Positions 1 through 13,106 of a DNA stretch of 64,000 nt are shown here, in pieces (position 1 is the first letter of the stretch; each line of letters opens with the position of its first letter). Position numbers and translations under genes: made by a program. The notes under the pieces were generated by a model, which was not told where the DNA came from, ran no database searches, and saw nothing but the letters and a program-made list of their open reading frames with translations. The stretch comes from the human T2T-CHM13v2.0 reference genome, Homo sapiens: contig CP068257.2 in NCBI GenBank assembly GCA_009914755.4, positions 16,960,001 through 17,024,000 on the forward strand. Direction: 5' to 3'.

Positions 1-2482
1 AATTGTGAAGAAGTCTAGAAAAAAGTAGCATTGAAATATAAAAGGATGTTCTCATTAAAACTTTGAGAAGCATATCACCTTGATTTAAAATTTAAAATGA
101 ATTATTTAAAGTATTTCTTCAGACTCACAGACCCTATCCTCTTGCCTAATCTTATTTTAGAATTTCCTGACTTAAGTAGAAAAAGGCTGTATTTTGAACT
201 CTGTTCAAAGGTTAGGTTTTGAAGACCTATGGTTCTTCAGGTTAAATATGATGATTATACATAATATCTATCAACATTAATTTTAGAATTTGACTTATTT
301 TTTAAAATCTACATGGATAGATTTACTTTTGTATTGGTAAACAAAGAACCTAATTACATGTGCTTTCCCAAGTCTATGGTTTCCATATTTGATTGTTTCA
401 TGTGAAAATGCATATTTTAAGATTCATTCTTACGTTCACAGATGTATGTAAAACTATCTTGCTTGAAAATAGTGGGAGTGTCTCAAGGCATAAATGCACG
501 TTTGATCATCATATTTGGTCTCCATTTTAAAGATGGCATTGCTTTGTATTTACTAAGAAAACACTGTAAATGTTCAGATTATGAAAGAGACAATTTTAGT
601 TATTTAATTAAATTAACTTCTTTAAAGAGGAAGTGAAGGGTAGATATTTTTAAAATTATTCTTTAAAAATTCTAAAACAGATTTAGCATTTGTTTAGCAT
701 TTGTTTAAAAATTTCTAATTTTCTCAAAATATATATGAACTGAACATTTTATTAAGAAATTGTTTTAATTACTTAGAATCAGAACAGAATGCTAATAAAC
801 AATTTACAACCTTAGAATAATATATTTAACATAATTGAGTCTTTTGTTTGTTTGTTGATTTGGTAGCTGTTAACTTTAAGGTGCAGATGGTGAAATAGAC
901 TCTAACAGTGCTTTATTGCTCACACTGTCTCTAGAGTTTTAAGTTCCAATTGCACCTATAAAAAGGGGTAATTAGTCCTTTCTGTTTTATTGCTGTTAAG
1001 GGAAAAAAAGCTGTTTCAGTTAACTGCCAACTGGATACTATTCTAGATTAAAATCCTGGTATCAGTAACTTCTTCTCCTTTTCAAATTCCAAGTCAAGAG
1101 TTCAAAACATGTGAGAAATGTCACCTTCTTAAATATTACGGTCTATTAATTATGTCCTTGTAGTGAAGTTTATTGGTGCAATTAGTCGACAGGTAGGAAT
1201 ATCAGTCTTTATAAAATTATATGTGGTGGGGACAAGGTTAATACTAATTTCATAGGCATTAAGGATATATTTGAGTGTATTCAGAGATAAGCGAACCATG
1301 ATATTAGTAAAATGACATCTTTTGATTTGTTTAAAAGTTTGAAAATAAGAACATACTCAAAGACTATTTTTCTTCACAAATCCAGTAGTGTTGGCAGATT
1401 GAAAATGTGTAATTATAATTATTTTCCATTTAGACATGTATTATTTTGATAGCAATTTCTCAGTAATATCAAATATAATTACCCAACTCTAGAAAGTAAT
1501 TTCATTTCTCCCTACCTAGACATGTGGCTATAATATAAAAAGAATGATAAACATTTTGTTTTAATCAAAAGTACAAATTAGGTATTCTAGCTTCCAAAAT
1601 AATTTTCAAGCATGTCAAAAAAATTCATGTCAAGTATTAGCTTAATTATTTTTAACTTTAGTGTTTAGTGCCTTATAGGTAAAGTGGCTTAATTCACAGA
1701 GGCTTTGAGATATTTCTGCATAACTTTTACTATTTCAAGATGTGAAAACAAAGAATCCCAAGGAAGATATATAAATTGAAAGGATCAACATGCCACATAA
1801 CCAGTGATGGCATTAGCATTTGTTTGTGAATTATATTAATGGTTATAATTAGGATAATTTGAGCTTTTACATTAGTATAATGACAGTTTACTTGTAATGT
1901 TTTAGTCTATGTTTTAATTCCACCAACTGTGAAATGGAAGAAAATGTCAATACAAAGAACAAAGCAGAATTTGCATAGGAATGGAAACAACTACATCAAG
2001 ACAAATGAATCTTGAATTAGCTCATGAGCTGAATAATGTCATGAGTTTTTGTACTTGTAAATTTATTTTTTAAATCCATATGTAACACGAAAGATTGATA
2101 AAGACAGCTGCAATTTTAATTCAAATAAGATCAGCTATTTGGCAGAAGAGGCAGAGGAAAGAAAAATAGATACAATGATTTAAGTGAAGTGAGAAAATCA
2201 AAGACAAAGTGAAGCACAATGAAATCATCATGTAAAATACACATTAAATGTAACTTCATTCATTTTAGAAAAAAAGTTTGCTTAGTTTGCTTTTCAATGT
2301 GTCTAGCATAGTTTATATGTATTAAAAAGTTTTCTTAGCTATCCTTCAATGTGGACATAAGAACATTAGAGGTAAAAACAATTTTTGCTTAATTTCCTGT
2401 TTAAGGAAACTTAGTCCTGTTTTTGTGTTGGTCAGCATTATGCTATCAGCACAATCTATTTTAGGCTATGTGCTATTTTGCC

Positions 2483-2783
2483 TTTTTTTTAAGAGACAGA
2501 GTCTTACTCTGTCACCCGGGCCAGAGAGCAGTGGTGTGATTATAGCTTACTGCAGCCTGAAACTCCTGGGCTCAAATCATCCTCTCACCTCCGCTTTCTT
2601 TCTGAGTAGCTAGGACTACAGGTGCATGCCACCACACCTGGCTAATTTTTATTTATTGATTGATTTTTGGTAGAGACTAGCTCTCGCCATGTGGCCCAGG
2701 GAAGTCTCAAACTTCTGGCCTCAAGTAATTGTACCTCAGCCTCCCAAAATGCCGGGATTACAAACATGAGACACCATGCCCAG
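2483..2783 (-). mobile_element. Alu SINE, full length, minus orientation
   Basis: Poly-T at 2483-2490, then reverse-complement Alu sequence (gagacagagtcttactctgtcacccgggc ... cctcagcctcccaaaatgccgggattacaaacatgagacaccatgcccag). Flanked by a 9-bp direct repeat tattttgcc / tattttacc, consistent with a target-site duplication. Confidence 0.9.
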
Positions 2784-3478
2784 AGTATTTTACCTTTTAT
2801 GACAAAATCTCCCCCTGGCATACTAATTCCTACTTGGTTTCTCTAGTCCTCATTCCCTGTTGTGCTATACCTAACCCAGCAACCACAGCTCAACTGATCA
2901 CATATCTACACTAATTATTAATAGGGGCCATCTACAAGTTGCCTGGATCTTACCTACTATCTATTGACAGATGCCTACAATACCAGCTCATTCACCTACC
3001 AGTGTTTCAGCTGGATTGTTTTCACTGAATCTGCTTGTTGTTGTCTTGTGTGAAAGGTCCGCTACAGTTAAGGGCTGCCTGCCAAGCTGTTCCTGTAGCC
3101 ACTGCTGTTAGGCTCATAAATTGCCTTCTCTGTCTTAGTGGGGGGTTTCCCACTCTATTGTTAAAAGCATGCCCCACTCCGTTGCTTGATGAAATTCAAT
3201 TTTATGGACAATATTCACTGATTCAAAAATAGTTATTGATCTCCTTTCTAAGCAGTTATAGGTGCTAATTATATAATGATGAACAAATAGACATAGTACC
3301 TGCTTACCTGAACCTTCATTTTAGTGAGCTGTATTATACACACATAAACAGATAAGTACATATGTAATTAAGATCTTAATGTCATAAAAAGATAACAACC
3401 TGGATGTTGTAATAAAGAGTATGAGAAATAACTGAATTTGAGAGGGCAGTCTCTGTAATTTAGACTTTTTGAAGAATT

Positions 3479-3556
3479 ATCTATTATTATAATTAATACA
3501 ATTAACAATCATAATTATTATATTATTACTATTATTATTATTACAATATAATAGTT
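3479..3556. repeat. AT-rich low-complexity, (ATT)n/(TTA)n-like
   Basis: Run of attattat / tattatta motifs seen directly in the sequence. Confidence 0.7.
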
Positions 3557-3684
3557 GTGGACATTTTATTGAAGTAAAACTCTAACAAGTGACCTTTATT
3601 GGGAGCTTAAAATATGCTACATACTCTTCTAAATGTCTTATATACATTAAATCATTTAATACAGCAAACACATCTATGAGAATG

Positions 3685-3842
3685 GTGATAATACCTCTGT
3701 TTTTACAAGTGAAGAAACTGCAATACAAAGATGATGTCACCTGCCTAAGGCCACACTGCTAGTGAAAGTTTGAGAGGGAATAGAGCGAAGGTCATCCAGT
3801 GCCAGTGCCCGTATTTTTACCACAATGCTATACCACCTGTCA
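3685..3842 (-). mobile_element. MIR SINE fragment
   Basis: Matches the reverse complement of the MIR core. Seen: gaagaaactgcaatacaaag ... cctaaggccacactgctagtgaaagtttgagaggg ... ccacaatgctataccacctg. MIR motifs from memory: gaggaaactgaggcacagagag, ccaaggtcacacagctagtaagtggcagagc, ccactatgctatactgcc. Confidence 0.6.
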
Positions 3843-4777
3843 AGAGGCTGAGACCCAAACCTCACCTGAGTTGAAATTTGCAAAATAATAAGAATTCTGC
3901 CAGTGTACTGTAAATAGAAGGAAAAGCACAGGAAATGACAATCACATGGATTAGATCTGGAACGTAGTGACTATGGGTGTGGGCAGAGTAGCTCAAAGTA
4001 AGGACTAAGGCATGTTCACAGGTAGCAAGGTACTCTTAGCAGGCCATTCACTTGATCCACTTTATGTCTTCCTATTTGATTTGCTTTGCTTTATTTAGCT
4101 TTGCTTAATCATTCCAAGGTTTTGCAGAGAATATTAATTGGGAGGAAGCAAGGACAAATTGTTCAAGAAGAATTAGTGTAGTTTAAGAAAAAAACAGTGA
4201 TGATCTCCACTAGGGTTGTAGCAGCAGAAATGCAGAAAGTTACGCAGAACAGAATTACATTTGAAAGAACAATATATATGTGGGACTATGTGGGAAGCTC
4301 TTATCTAATAGGTACAGATACATTAAAACTAAAATAGAAATCCTTTAGGAACATTAAATATTCTGGATTTTAAGAAAATGGGCCAATACTTTTGCTAACT
4401 GGATGAGTGTGATAGCTAACTAATACAGTTATTAATAGAGGTAACTTCTGAACCTGTTGAGAAAAAAATAAGCAAAATAATAAAAAAGTAAAGACTTATA
4501 AACATATAGATTAAGGAAAACAATAGTATAAAAATATTTTTGTAAATTTTTCTGCATGCTTATATTATAAAATAAACGTTAAAAATATTAAAACTTACAG
4601 ACGTAATTAATAGCAAGAGGTTTAAATAATTAATCATTCCAGATTCACTTGACAGATTTAAATATAATCACAGAATTAGTGGGGGAAAGAAATGGAGTAG
4701 CTGTCACATACTTGAACACTGAGAAAGCATTTTATACAAACTTTAGAAGTTTTACTTGCACAATTAATGCAATAGAC

Positions 4778-5168
4778 TGAATGTGTACCCCTCATCCCCA
4801 ATATTCATATGTTGAGCCCTATCCCCCATTGTGATGGTATTTGGAGATAGGGTCTTTGGGAGAATATTAGATTTAGATGAGGTCATGAAAATGGGCCCTC
4901 ACAATAATAAAGAATGGGTGCCCTTATAAGGGATAAGCACACTTATGAGAGGAGGAAGAAACAATATGGCTGGCTGTCTCTGCCATTTGAGGACACAGTG
5001 AGAAGGATGTCATCTCCAAGCTGGAAAGGGAGCACTAACCAGAACCCAACCATAATGGCCACCTGATCTCTGACTTCCAGCCTTCAGAATTGTGAGAAAA
5101 TAAATCTCTGTTGCTAAAGTCACCCAGTCTACAGTATTTTGTTATGACAGCCCAAGCTAATTGAAACC
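4778..5168 (+). mobile_element. ERVL-MaLR solo LTR (MST/MLT-like)
   Basis: Starts tgaatgtgtacccctcatccccaatattcatatgttgagccctatcccccattgtgatggtatttggag. Contains cccttataag and tgacttccagccttcagaattgtgagaaaataaatctctgttgctaaagtcacccagtctacagtattttgttatgacagcccaagctaa. This has the same layout as the THE1/MST LTR consensus (TGTGGTCTGAATGTGTCCCC ... GACTAAGACA, from memory). Strand is given relative to that consensus orientation. Confidence 0.75.
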
Positions 5169-7919
5169 GTCAATTTTTTAGAAAGATAAAAATAAAGTGA
5201 GTAACTTTAGATAGAGACAAATGGCCAATACCAATCCAATGAAGATTATTTTTGGTAGTTTTAGATCTAAGATTATTTGAATCTAAATTAAACTAATAAT
5301 AAAAAAATCAATTCAACTTGGAATACTCTAGGCATTATGCTTAAAGGCTTCAAGAGTGACCCATACCAATGTATCTGAGAGGTCAAACATTTTACTTGTA
5401 TGAATAGACTAGGTGTCTCTAAGGGAAAGTGAAAGTTGGAATTAATTTGAGAAAATTGCTAGTTTCCAGAGAACAGCAACAATACTTTCAACATAAATAT
5501 TAATGAGTAGCATAAGTATGGGAAACAACCCTACTGAGTATGGGAATGGATTGAGAATCTTTCTAAATAGTAAAACAATTAGTAGTAGTCAGATTGATGA
5601 GAACAGTATATGTACAGATGTCTGTTTTCCAAGGTATTAGACTGATATTAGCAAAATATCCATTCTTAAGAACAGCTTACTCCTTTGAAACATGGCATTT
5701 TGAGAACTGTCATCCTATACTTGGAAGATGCTAATGTTTTAGCATCTTGGCAATGCTTGACATTCTTGAGGAAATTTTAAATTATATTATTTTCCAGTAT
5801 TGGAAATTAAAGGTAGATCCGTGTGCTTTGATAATTAATTTAAGAGAGGTTAGGACTGGCAATTTCTAATGAAATTTTAAATCTTCAATTAGGGCAGAAC
5901 CAAATAAAATGTGATAACACAGAAATGTGTCTTAAAATGATCCACAGGGTAGGTCAAAATTTTTCTCAGGAAACAGTGTTCCATTGCAGAGAAATGTGTG
6001 TGAAAATTTTTAAATATTATGTGATTCCTTAGAGCATAGCTTCTCTTATATTAGCCAAATTGGTCATAAGGGGGCTGAAATCAATTACAAACCATAGTGA
6101 TTTTATTTTGAGGTCATTTTAATCCTGTTAGAGTAAAACTTTGTTACCTGAATAGAGATGTATATTCACATAGTATTTATTATCTATACAGAGAGCTGGA
6201 GTGAGAAGTAATGAATCTCATTTATATAGAAACATATCAAATTGCACATATTCACAATAAATTCTTGATTTATCTGATTTAAGATTTTTATAGAATCTGT
6301 CAACATAGTACTCATTACTTCCTTATTTCTTATAATATTTTATAGCCATTAATCTTTTTTTAGAAAAAAATATTAAGGTAAACTTACCTCTTTGCCCATA
6401 ATAGGTGCTATCCATCTCACCATCCTAAATTAATGTATATTAATAGTTTATATTATTTCTAACTCTTTTATAATTATAATATTTAAAATGAAGTTAATTT
6501 TTTAAGAATATTGCTCTTAGGCTAAGTTGAAAATTATTTTATGTACTACACATAAATGGCACTGAAAAATCAATTTTTTGAAGGGAGAGAGATAAAGAAA
6601 TTCAACTAAATTTAAACTATCTTCAACATTTTCCATATTTGTATTCAATCGCAAGTAGGTTAATCACTTGCTTAGGCTGTGAATGACTTGCCTTCTACTT
6701 TCTCAGGTTCTTAGAATGTGAAAATAATACGGTATTTGTTTCTTCTATGGTAGACAAGCATATATACTTAATGATTTGTTTTGTTTACTTTATTTTAGAC
6801 AGAAAGTTTTAAAAATGTATAATTGGTATTAAAGTGAGTAAATTCTACTTTTACTGAAAGTTTATTTCTCATTCTAACATTTTACCTATGTATATAATAC
6901 ATTGAAATTTGGTTTAAAATGTCACTATGAAGTCCAGTCATAAAATTATAAATAGGCACCTAATTAAATACGATTCTAAACTCAATGAATACCCTTTTAT
7001 CTAGAAAAGATATCATGAAATGAACTTTGAATTAATAACAAAGTATAGCAAAAATAAAATCAACTTATTCTAATTATGGGTGGCCTTTGGTTTACTTAAC
7101 TAAGCATATGCATCAAATACAGTATCAATATACTTAGCCTTTGGTGACAGTGGCAGGTTCAAAGTATTTGGGGGCAATTCTTCCTTCTAATGTGTTATTG
7201 GTCATGACGGTGCAGCCATGTATCTGTAATAAGGATTGACAGAGTAGGAAGGGAACAAACTTATAATAAAAGAAGAATTGGATAAAGTTAACTGTGAAAA
7301 TATGCTAACAGAATAAGCATCAATTAGTGTAGAGAAGTAAAACCTTGGGGGAGATGAATTATATTTTATGACCACTGATAATGGATTCTGAGTAAATAGG
7401 TTTACATTTCACTGGGGAAGGTTATTGTAAATTGAAAAGATGCAGCAGAAATGCAGTTATATAGGAAGAAGAGGGAAAATCATTTAATCCGATGAGTGTT
7501 TTTATGAGAAATTTTGACTCATATAATAATTATTCAGTATAAGTGGTGAAATATTATAATACATATTTGGAATTTGAAAACTGGTAACAAGTGTATCAGG
7601 ATAAAATTGAAAATTATGATATATGGCCTTTTTGCATCTAAACTTTCAGTAGTAATTGATTTAATTTTGTTATTTAGAGCATTAGAGAAAAAAATTATTT
7701 CCTAAGGTCTACCAATATATACACAAACTCCTTCTTTTCATTGATATAACAAATATATATGCATAACCTGTCATATTAAATTTCATTCCTGCTTTATGAT
7801 GGGCATTATAAAATGAGTTAACTGATTAGCAATTTCCTTTCTTATAATGCTTTCAGAAAACATAAACCTGATACTGCAATTGACAAACTCACCAAATCCC
7901 ACTCTTCCTCTTCCCTTAG

Positions 7920-8121
7920 AAGAAAAACGCCAGAGCAGGTGCTACATTATGATCATCAGAAAGCCATTCTGTTTAACATGAATAATGTCATTCAGAGGGT
8001 TAGCCATCTGTTTGCTGAGTGTTTTTCAGACTTACACCCACAGCAGCACAAAAGCAATGCATGTGGGTGCCATAATCATGGATCTTCCAAAAAGCTTTTG
8101 TCTCTTGTAAAAATGAAGTGA
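7920..8121 (+). CDS. Candidate terminal coding exon, product unknown
   Basis: Strong splice-acceptor context (cccactcttcctcttcccttag|A, AG at 7918-7919). An open frame follows, translating ...RKTPEQVLHYDHQKAILFNMNNVIQRVSHLFAECFSDLHPQQHKSNACGCHNHGSSKKLLSLVKMK*, with the stop at 8119-8121. The downstream sequence is AT-rich and UTR-like, with AATAAA at about 8480-8485. The frame also stays open upstream into the putative intron, so the ORF alone proves nothing. I cannot match the peptide to a known protein from memory. Confidence 0.2.
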
Positions 8122-8732
8122 GATTATTTTAAGAACTAAGTTATATTAGAAATGCAGGCACTTAAATGCTGTCTTTTTTGTTGCTTTGTGAAAGATTCCA
8201 GATATGTAAATTAAATACTGTTTGGGTTTCTGTGTGTAATTTATGAGCTTAAAAAGGAGATCTGAGCAAATTAATTATAGTTGAAAAATGTGCATCACTG
8301 AGACAAATGCAGTTGGTTGTGCTTATATTTCTTGGACTTTATATCCCATTTTAAAGTGTAATTTTTTTCAGAATATTTATATTGTATTTTTACTTTGTAT
8401 TCCATGTAAGAAAACTAAGCAAAGAATTTCCTTTCCAAATACAGTAAGCAAACATTGTTCATTAAATATTTTCCCAGAAAATAAAGCATAAGGGAAACTG
8501 AACGAAGAGTTAAGTGAAATCAAGATTTTCTTTGATGTTTCTCACTCTATTGCCATTCAAATGTTAATTATAGAATTATCTTTAGTTACAGTCCACTATT
8601 TTATCACTACAGCATAGTGATGTTCCCTCCAGGATTAATTCAGGAAACTCCTAAAAAACGAATTAACATAAAATAATATTTGAAAAAAAAACCTGTATAA
8701 CTTCAGTAAGCACATCATTAAAAACCTTAAAT

Positions 8733-8800
8733 GTGTGTGTATATATATATATAAATGTATGCATGTATGTATATCTATATATAGACATATATAGCATAAT
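8733..8800. repeat. Simple repeat, (TG)n/(TA)n mixed
   Basis: gtgtgtgtatatatatatataaatgtatgcatgtatgtatatctatatatagacatatatag seen directly. Confidence 0.6.
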
Positions 8801-10937
8801 TCTTCATGTTACTTTAGCCACAATCATTATATATTTCTGAAGAAAAAAACTCTCTTCCTCAAACATGATTGCCATTGTATTTAGGAAATGAGTGATAAAA
8901 ATGTTCAATCTATTTTGATGAAATCCAAACTTATATTAGGCATTGAAATATTTGACAATTAGTTTTGAATATATTTGAAAGTTTAGAAAGTGTTTTGAGC
9001 AATTTGAATCTATCCAATGCATTTTTAAAATATTTTTAAAACAATATGATACAATATCAAGGAAATTTCCTTGTAAATTAATAAATCATATACATTAAAT
9101 TCAGTAACTGTTGGACAGATAAGCATAAAAATATACAGAATTTCCTGATACTATGATCTACTAGAACCTCATTTTAATACATAAATTTTAAAAAAAACTA
9201 TTTAAAATCACTTTATATCTACCTGCCTAGATCTAGTAAAAGAGTAACTTCAGGAAGTTCAAGTGCTTGCTTAGGACATTTGGAACCCCAGCATCACAGC
9301 AATCATTGAATATGTATGAGTTAGTGTTTACCGGTGTTAGCGACACTCTGCTTATGGGAAATGTAGAGATGCATCAAGGGAAATGTACATAGAAAAGACA
9401 CGGTCGTGTTTCGAGACTCTTAAAGGACTACAGGCAAGGAGGAGAAACCCATTCTACAGGCATTTCAAAGTATGCTAATACATAGAGAGTTTTTGAATGA
9501 ATCTAATCTACGTGAGTCCAATCCACTATTTCTAGTCTGCAAAACCTAATTTGACCTTGATTAGTGGAAATGAAGGCTTAAAAATGACAGAAAATCAGCA
9601 CCTGTTAAGTGATGATGTACATAGAAATTTTAACTTCCAAGAAGGATATTGATGGGTTTTTATTCTATACCATAAGCTGAGTGAAAAGAAGAGAAAAAGT
9701 GGGTCAGAACTAGAGGTTTGAAGGTCACTGGAAACATGATGAAGGCTTGTATATATTTACAGGCATGGAAGAAAAAAATCAAAACAAAATTTGTGTTTTC
9801 TGTTTTTGGAAAATGATCACTTTATATGGTGAGAGCATAGGAGGTTACCACTTTCAGTTACCCAAGACTGAGATGTTCTTTCTGAATGCAATGATCTGTT
9901 CACTTAGGGGACTAGTATGATGCTGATAAAGGGAGCAATTAATATTATTTTAAAATTATAGAATATATGTAAAACAAAGTTTTAGGAAATGATAAGTCTC
10001 AAATTTTGATAACAGCTTTCTTGATTACCCCATGTAAAGTTATTCCTTCAATGTTCTTGTATAGACCTTTATTATAATAGTAACCATGTTGATTCCCATT
10101 TATTTATATTTTACATTTCTGATTTCTCTTATTAGGTTATCTGTTCTCTGAAATCAGAACATATTTTATTTCTTCTTCATATTCCCAGCACCTAGCACAC
10201 AATCTACTATATAATATGCACAATAATATTTATTAAATAGATGAGTAACAATAAAACTATTCTAAGTTACATATATTGATACTGTGCATATTGATTTTGA
10301 TTAATTTAGAAGTCATCTAAAAGTTATGTTATTTCCCTTACTCTGAGAAACAAACATCATTTCAAATAAAATAGTGTTGTACTGATCTTGAGAAGAAAGT
10401 CCATGACTAAATAAATAGATGTGGTAATTGGTTTCTTAAAACATATATTTTGTCAAAATTCAAAGTCAAGTGAATGAGAAATCTGAAGTTTACAATATAT
10501 GTGTGTCTTATAAATACATAACTCAATAATCAAAATAATTCATTAGGGGATTGCTACATTTGAACTGGTGGCACAAGGCTATTATTCTCCTAATGATTCT
10601 ATGAAGTTTAGTAGAAAAATTGAATTTCCTTAATTATATTTATGATCTCCATCTTACATGTTAATTTTATCATTACAATAGCAAACATTCCTTTCAATTT
10701 TAGCCAGAGTAATTTTAACCCGAATCAACTATGCCCTATTAGATTTCTGATTCTGAAGATGGAGAATGAGCTAGGTTGTTTACAGGGACTCAAAAGGAAG
10801 GAATTTTAATACAGAATAACTATAGAAAAGAGAAAATGTGGATGTACAATTGGAAGTATTGGTCATAAGGATGAATTATAGTGGTTGCCTATTTTACAGA
10901 GATTTTAACATACATTACCACTTTATATAGACAACGT

Positions 10938-11120
10938 TTGTGTCCCCCTAAAATTCATATGTTGAAATTCTAACCCCAAATCTGTCTGTTTTATAAGGTA
11001 GGGACTTTTGCAGGGGATTAGGTCATGGACTCAGAGTCCTCATGAATAGAATGAGTACCCTCATAAAAGGAATGATAAATTACCTAACTGGTATAAGGAA
11101 CATTACTCAGGAGATGGTTA
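10938..11120 (+). mobile_element. ERVL-MaLR LTR fragment (5' portion)
   Basis: tgtgtccccctaaaattcatatgttgaaattctaaccccaaatctg ... gggattaggtcatggactcagagtcctcatgaatagaatgagtaccctcataaaagg parallels the 5' region of MST/MLT LTRs (tgtccccccaaaattcatatgttgaaatcctaaccccc ... ggtcatgagggtggagccctcatgaatgggattagtgcccttataa). Confidence 0.45.
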
Positions 11121-11717
11121 TACTGAAAGCCCAGGTTTCACCAGTATGCAACATACCCATATAGCAAAATGTCATGTGTATCCCTTAAAATTATACAAAT
11201 ACAAAATAAAGATAAGTAAAAACAAAAATAAAAGAGACCCCAGAGATTGAGCCTCAGCACTTTTTCTAAGTGCTCTGTATATGTTAAGTCATCTGCTTCT
11301 TACACCTACCCTGAGAGTCCAGTTTACAATTTTATCTCCATTTTGCGAATTAGGAGTAGAAGCAAAGATACACACTGACTAATAGGTAAGAATGGGAATT
11401 AGGACATATAATTTCTGGTTGTAAAATATTCCCTTTAATCATTATTCTAAATTGTCCCTCAATAGCAAGGGGAAGCATCAAAGTTAGCATGTAAAATAAA
11501 ATAAAAGGAACCAGTAGAGTCAGTTGAAAATGTACAGGTCTGTTTGACCTTGTAGAGAGAGAAACAAGGAGAAAAGATTACCAGAGATGTGCAATAGTTT
11601 GAAATCTTATAAACAGTGGGATTTCCAGAACAAAAAAGGCAGATGCTGGCTTACTTAGTGCTCATTCATTCACAGCTATGAGGTGTCCTCTGGGAGATAG
11701 GCCTTAGATTGGACCTA

Positions 11718-12345
<628 letters not shown>

Positions 12346-12792
12346 AATTTCTGACAAGCAGAGTTGGCTGTATAAGACTGAATTATCATTTGAAAATACC
12401 TGCCCCCTTTCCTGAAGAAGTATTCCATCTTGACTCTGCTCACATGGGACTTGTCCTGTAGCTTGCTTTGGCCAGCAAATAGAGAGCAGGAATACTACAT
12501 ATCACCTCTGCACAAAAGCTTTATAAGCAAGTACATTGTTTGACATTATTTATTTTCTTCTGCCACGGTGAGTGGCAAGGTCCAATTAAAGGTGGCTCCA
12601 TCCAGCTGAGTTTAGGATAAAGCACTATATGGGACAAAGCTACCCTAGAGTCACTATGAACACATGATTTTCATAAGAAATAAACCCTGGTTTATTAAGC
12701 CTCTGAGGTTTGGGAGGGATTATCACAGAGTAGCATAGCCTATCCTTTTGCAGTAACTTTATACTGTGTCAACTTAACAATGCTGGAAATAG

Positions 12793-12821
12793 ACACACAC
12801 ACACACACACACACACACATA
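12793..12821. repeat. (CA)n microsatellite
   Basis: acacacacacacacacacacacacacacat seen directly, abutting the Alu poly-T end. Confidence 0.8.
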
Positions 12822-13106
12822 TTTTTTGAGACAGGGTCTCACTCTGTTACCCAGGCGGGAGTATAGTAGTGTGATCTCAGCTTAATGCAGCCTCCATACC
12901 CTGGGCTCAAGAGGTCCTCCTACCTCCACCTCCTGAGTAGCTGAGACTACAGCCATGTGGCACCGTGTCTGGCTAATTTTTGTATTTTTGTTAGAGATGG
13001 GTTTTCACCATGTTGCCCAGGCTGGTCTTGAAATCCTGAACTCAAGTGTTCTGCTCATCTAGGCCTCCCACAGTGCTGGGATTACAGGGGTGCGCCACTG
13101 CACCCT
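12822..13106 (-). mobile_element. Alu SINE, full length, minus orientation
   Basis: ttttttgagacagggtctcactctgttacccaggc ... ggcctcccacagtgctgggattacaggggtgcgccactgcaccc. Confidence 0.9.

Noticed and set aside
2425-2914. ORFs 2425-2613 and 2729-2914.
   Set aside because: They are read through a minus-strand Alu (peptides like SLTLSPGPESSGVIIAYCSLKLLGSNHPL are the classic Alu antisense translation).
9290-9520. Possible CpG island or promoter.
   Set aside because: Far below CpG-island criteria (length, GC and observed/expected). It is kept only as a low-interest finding.
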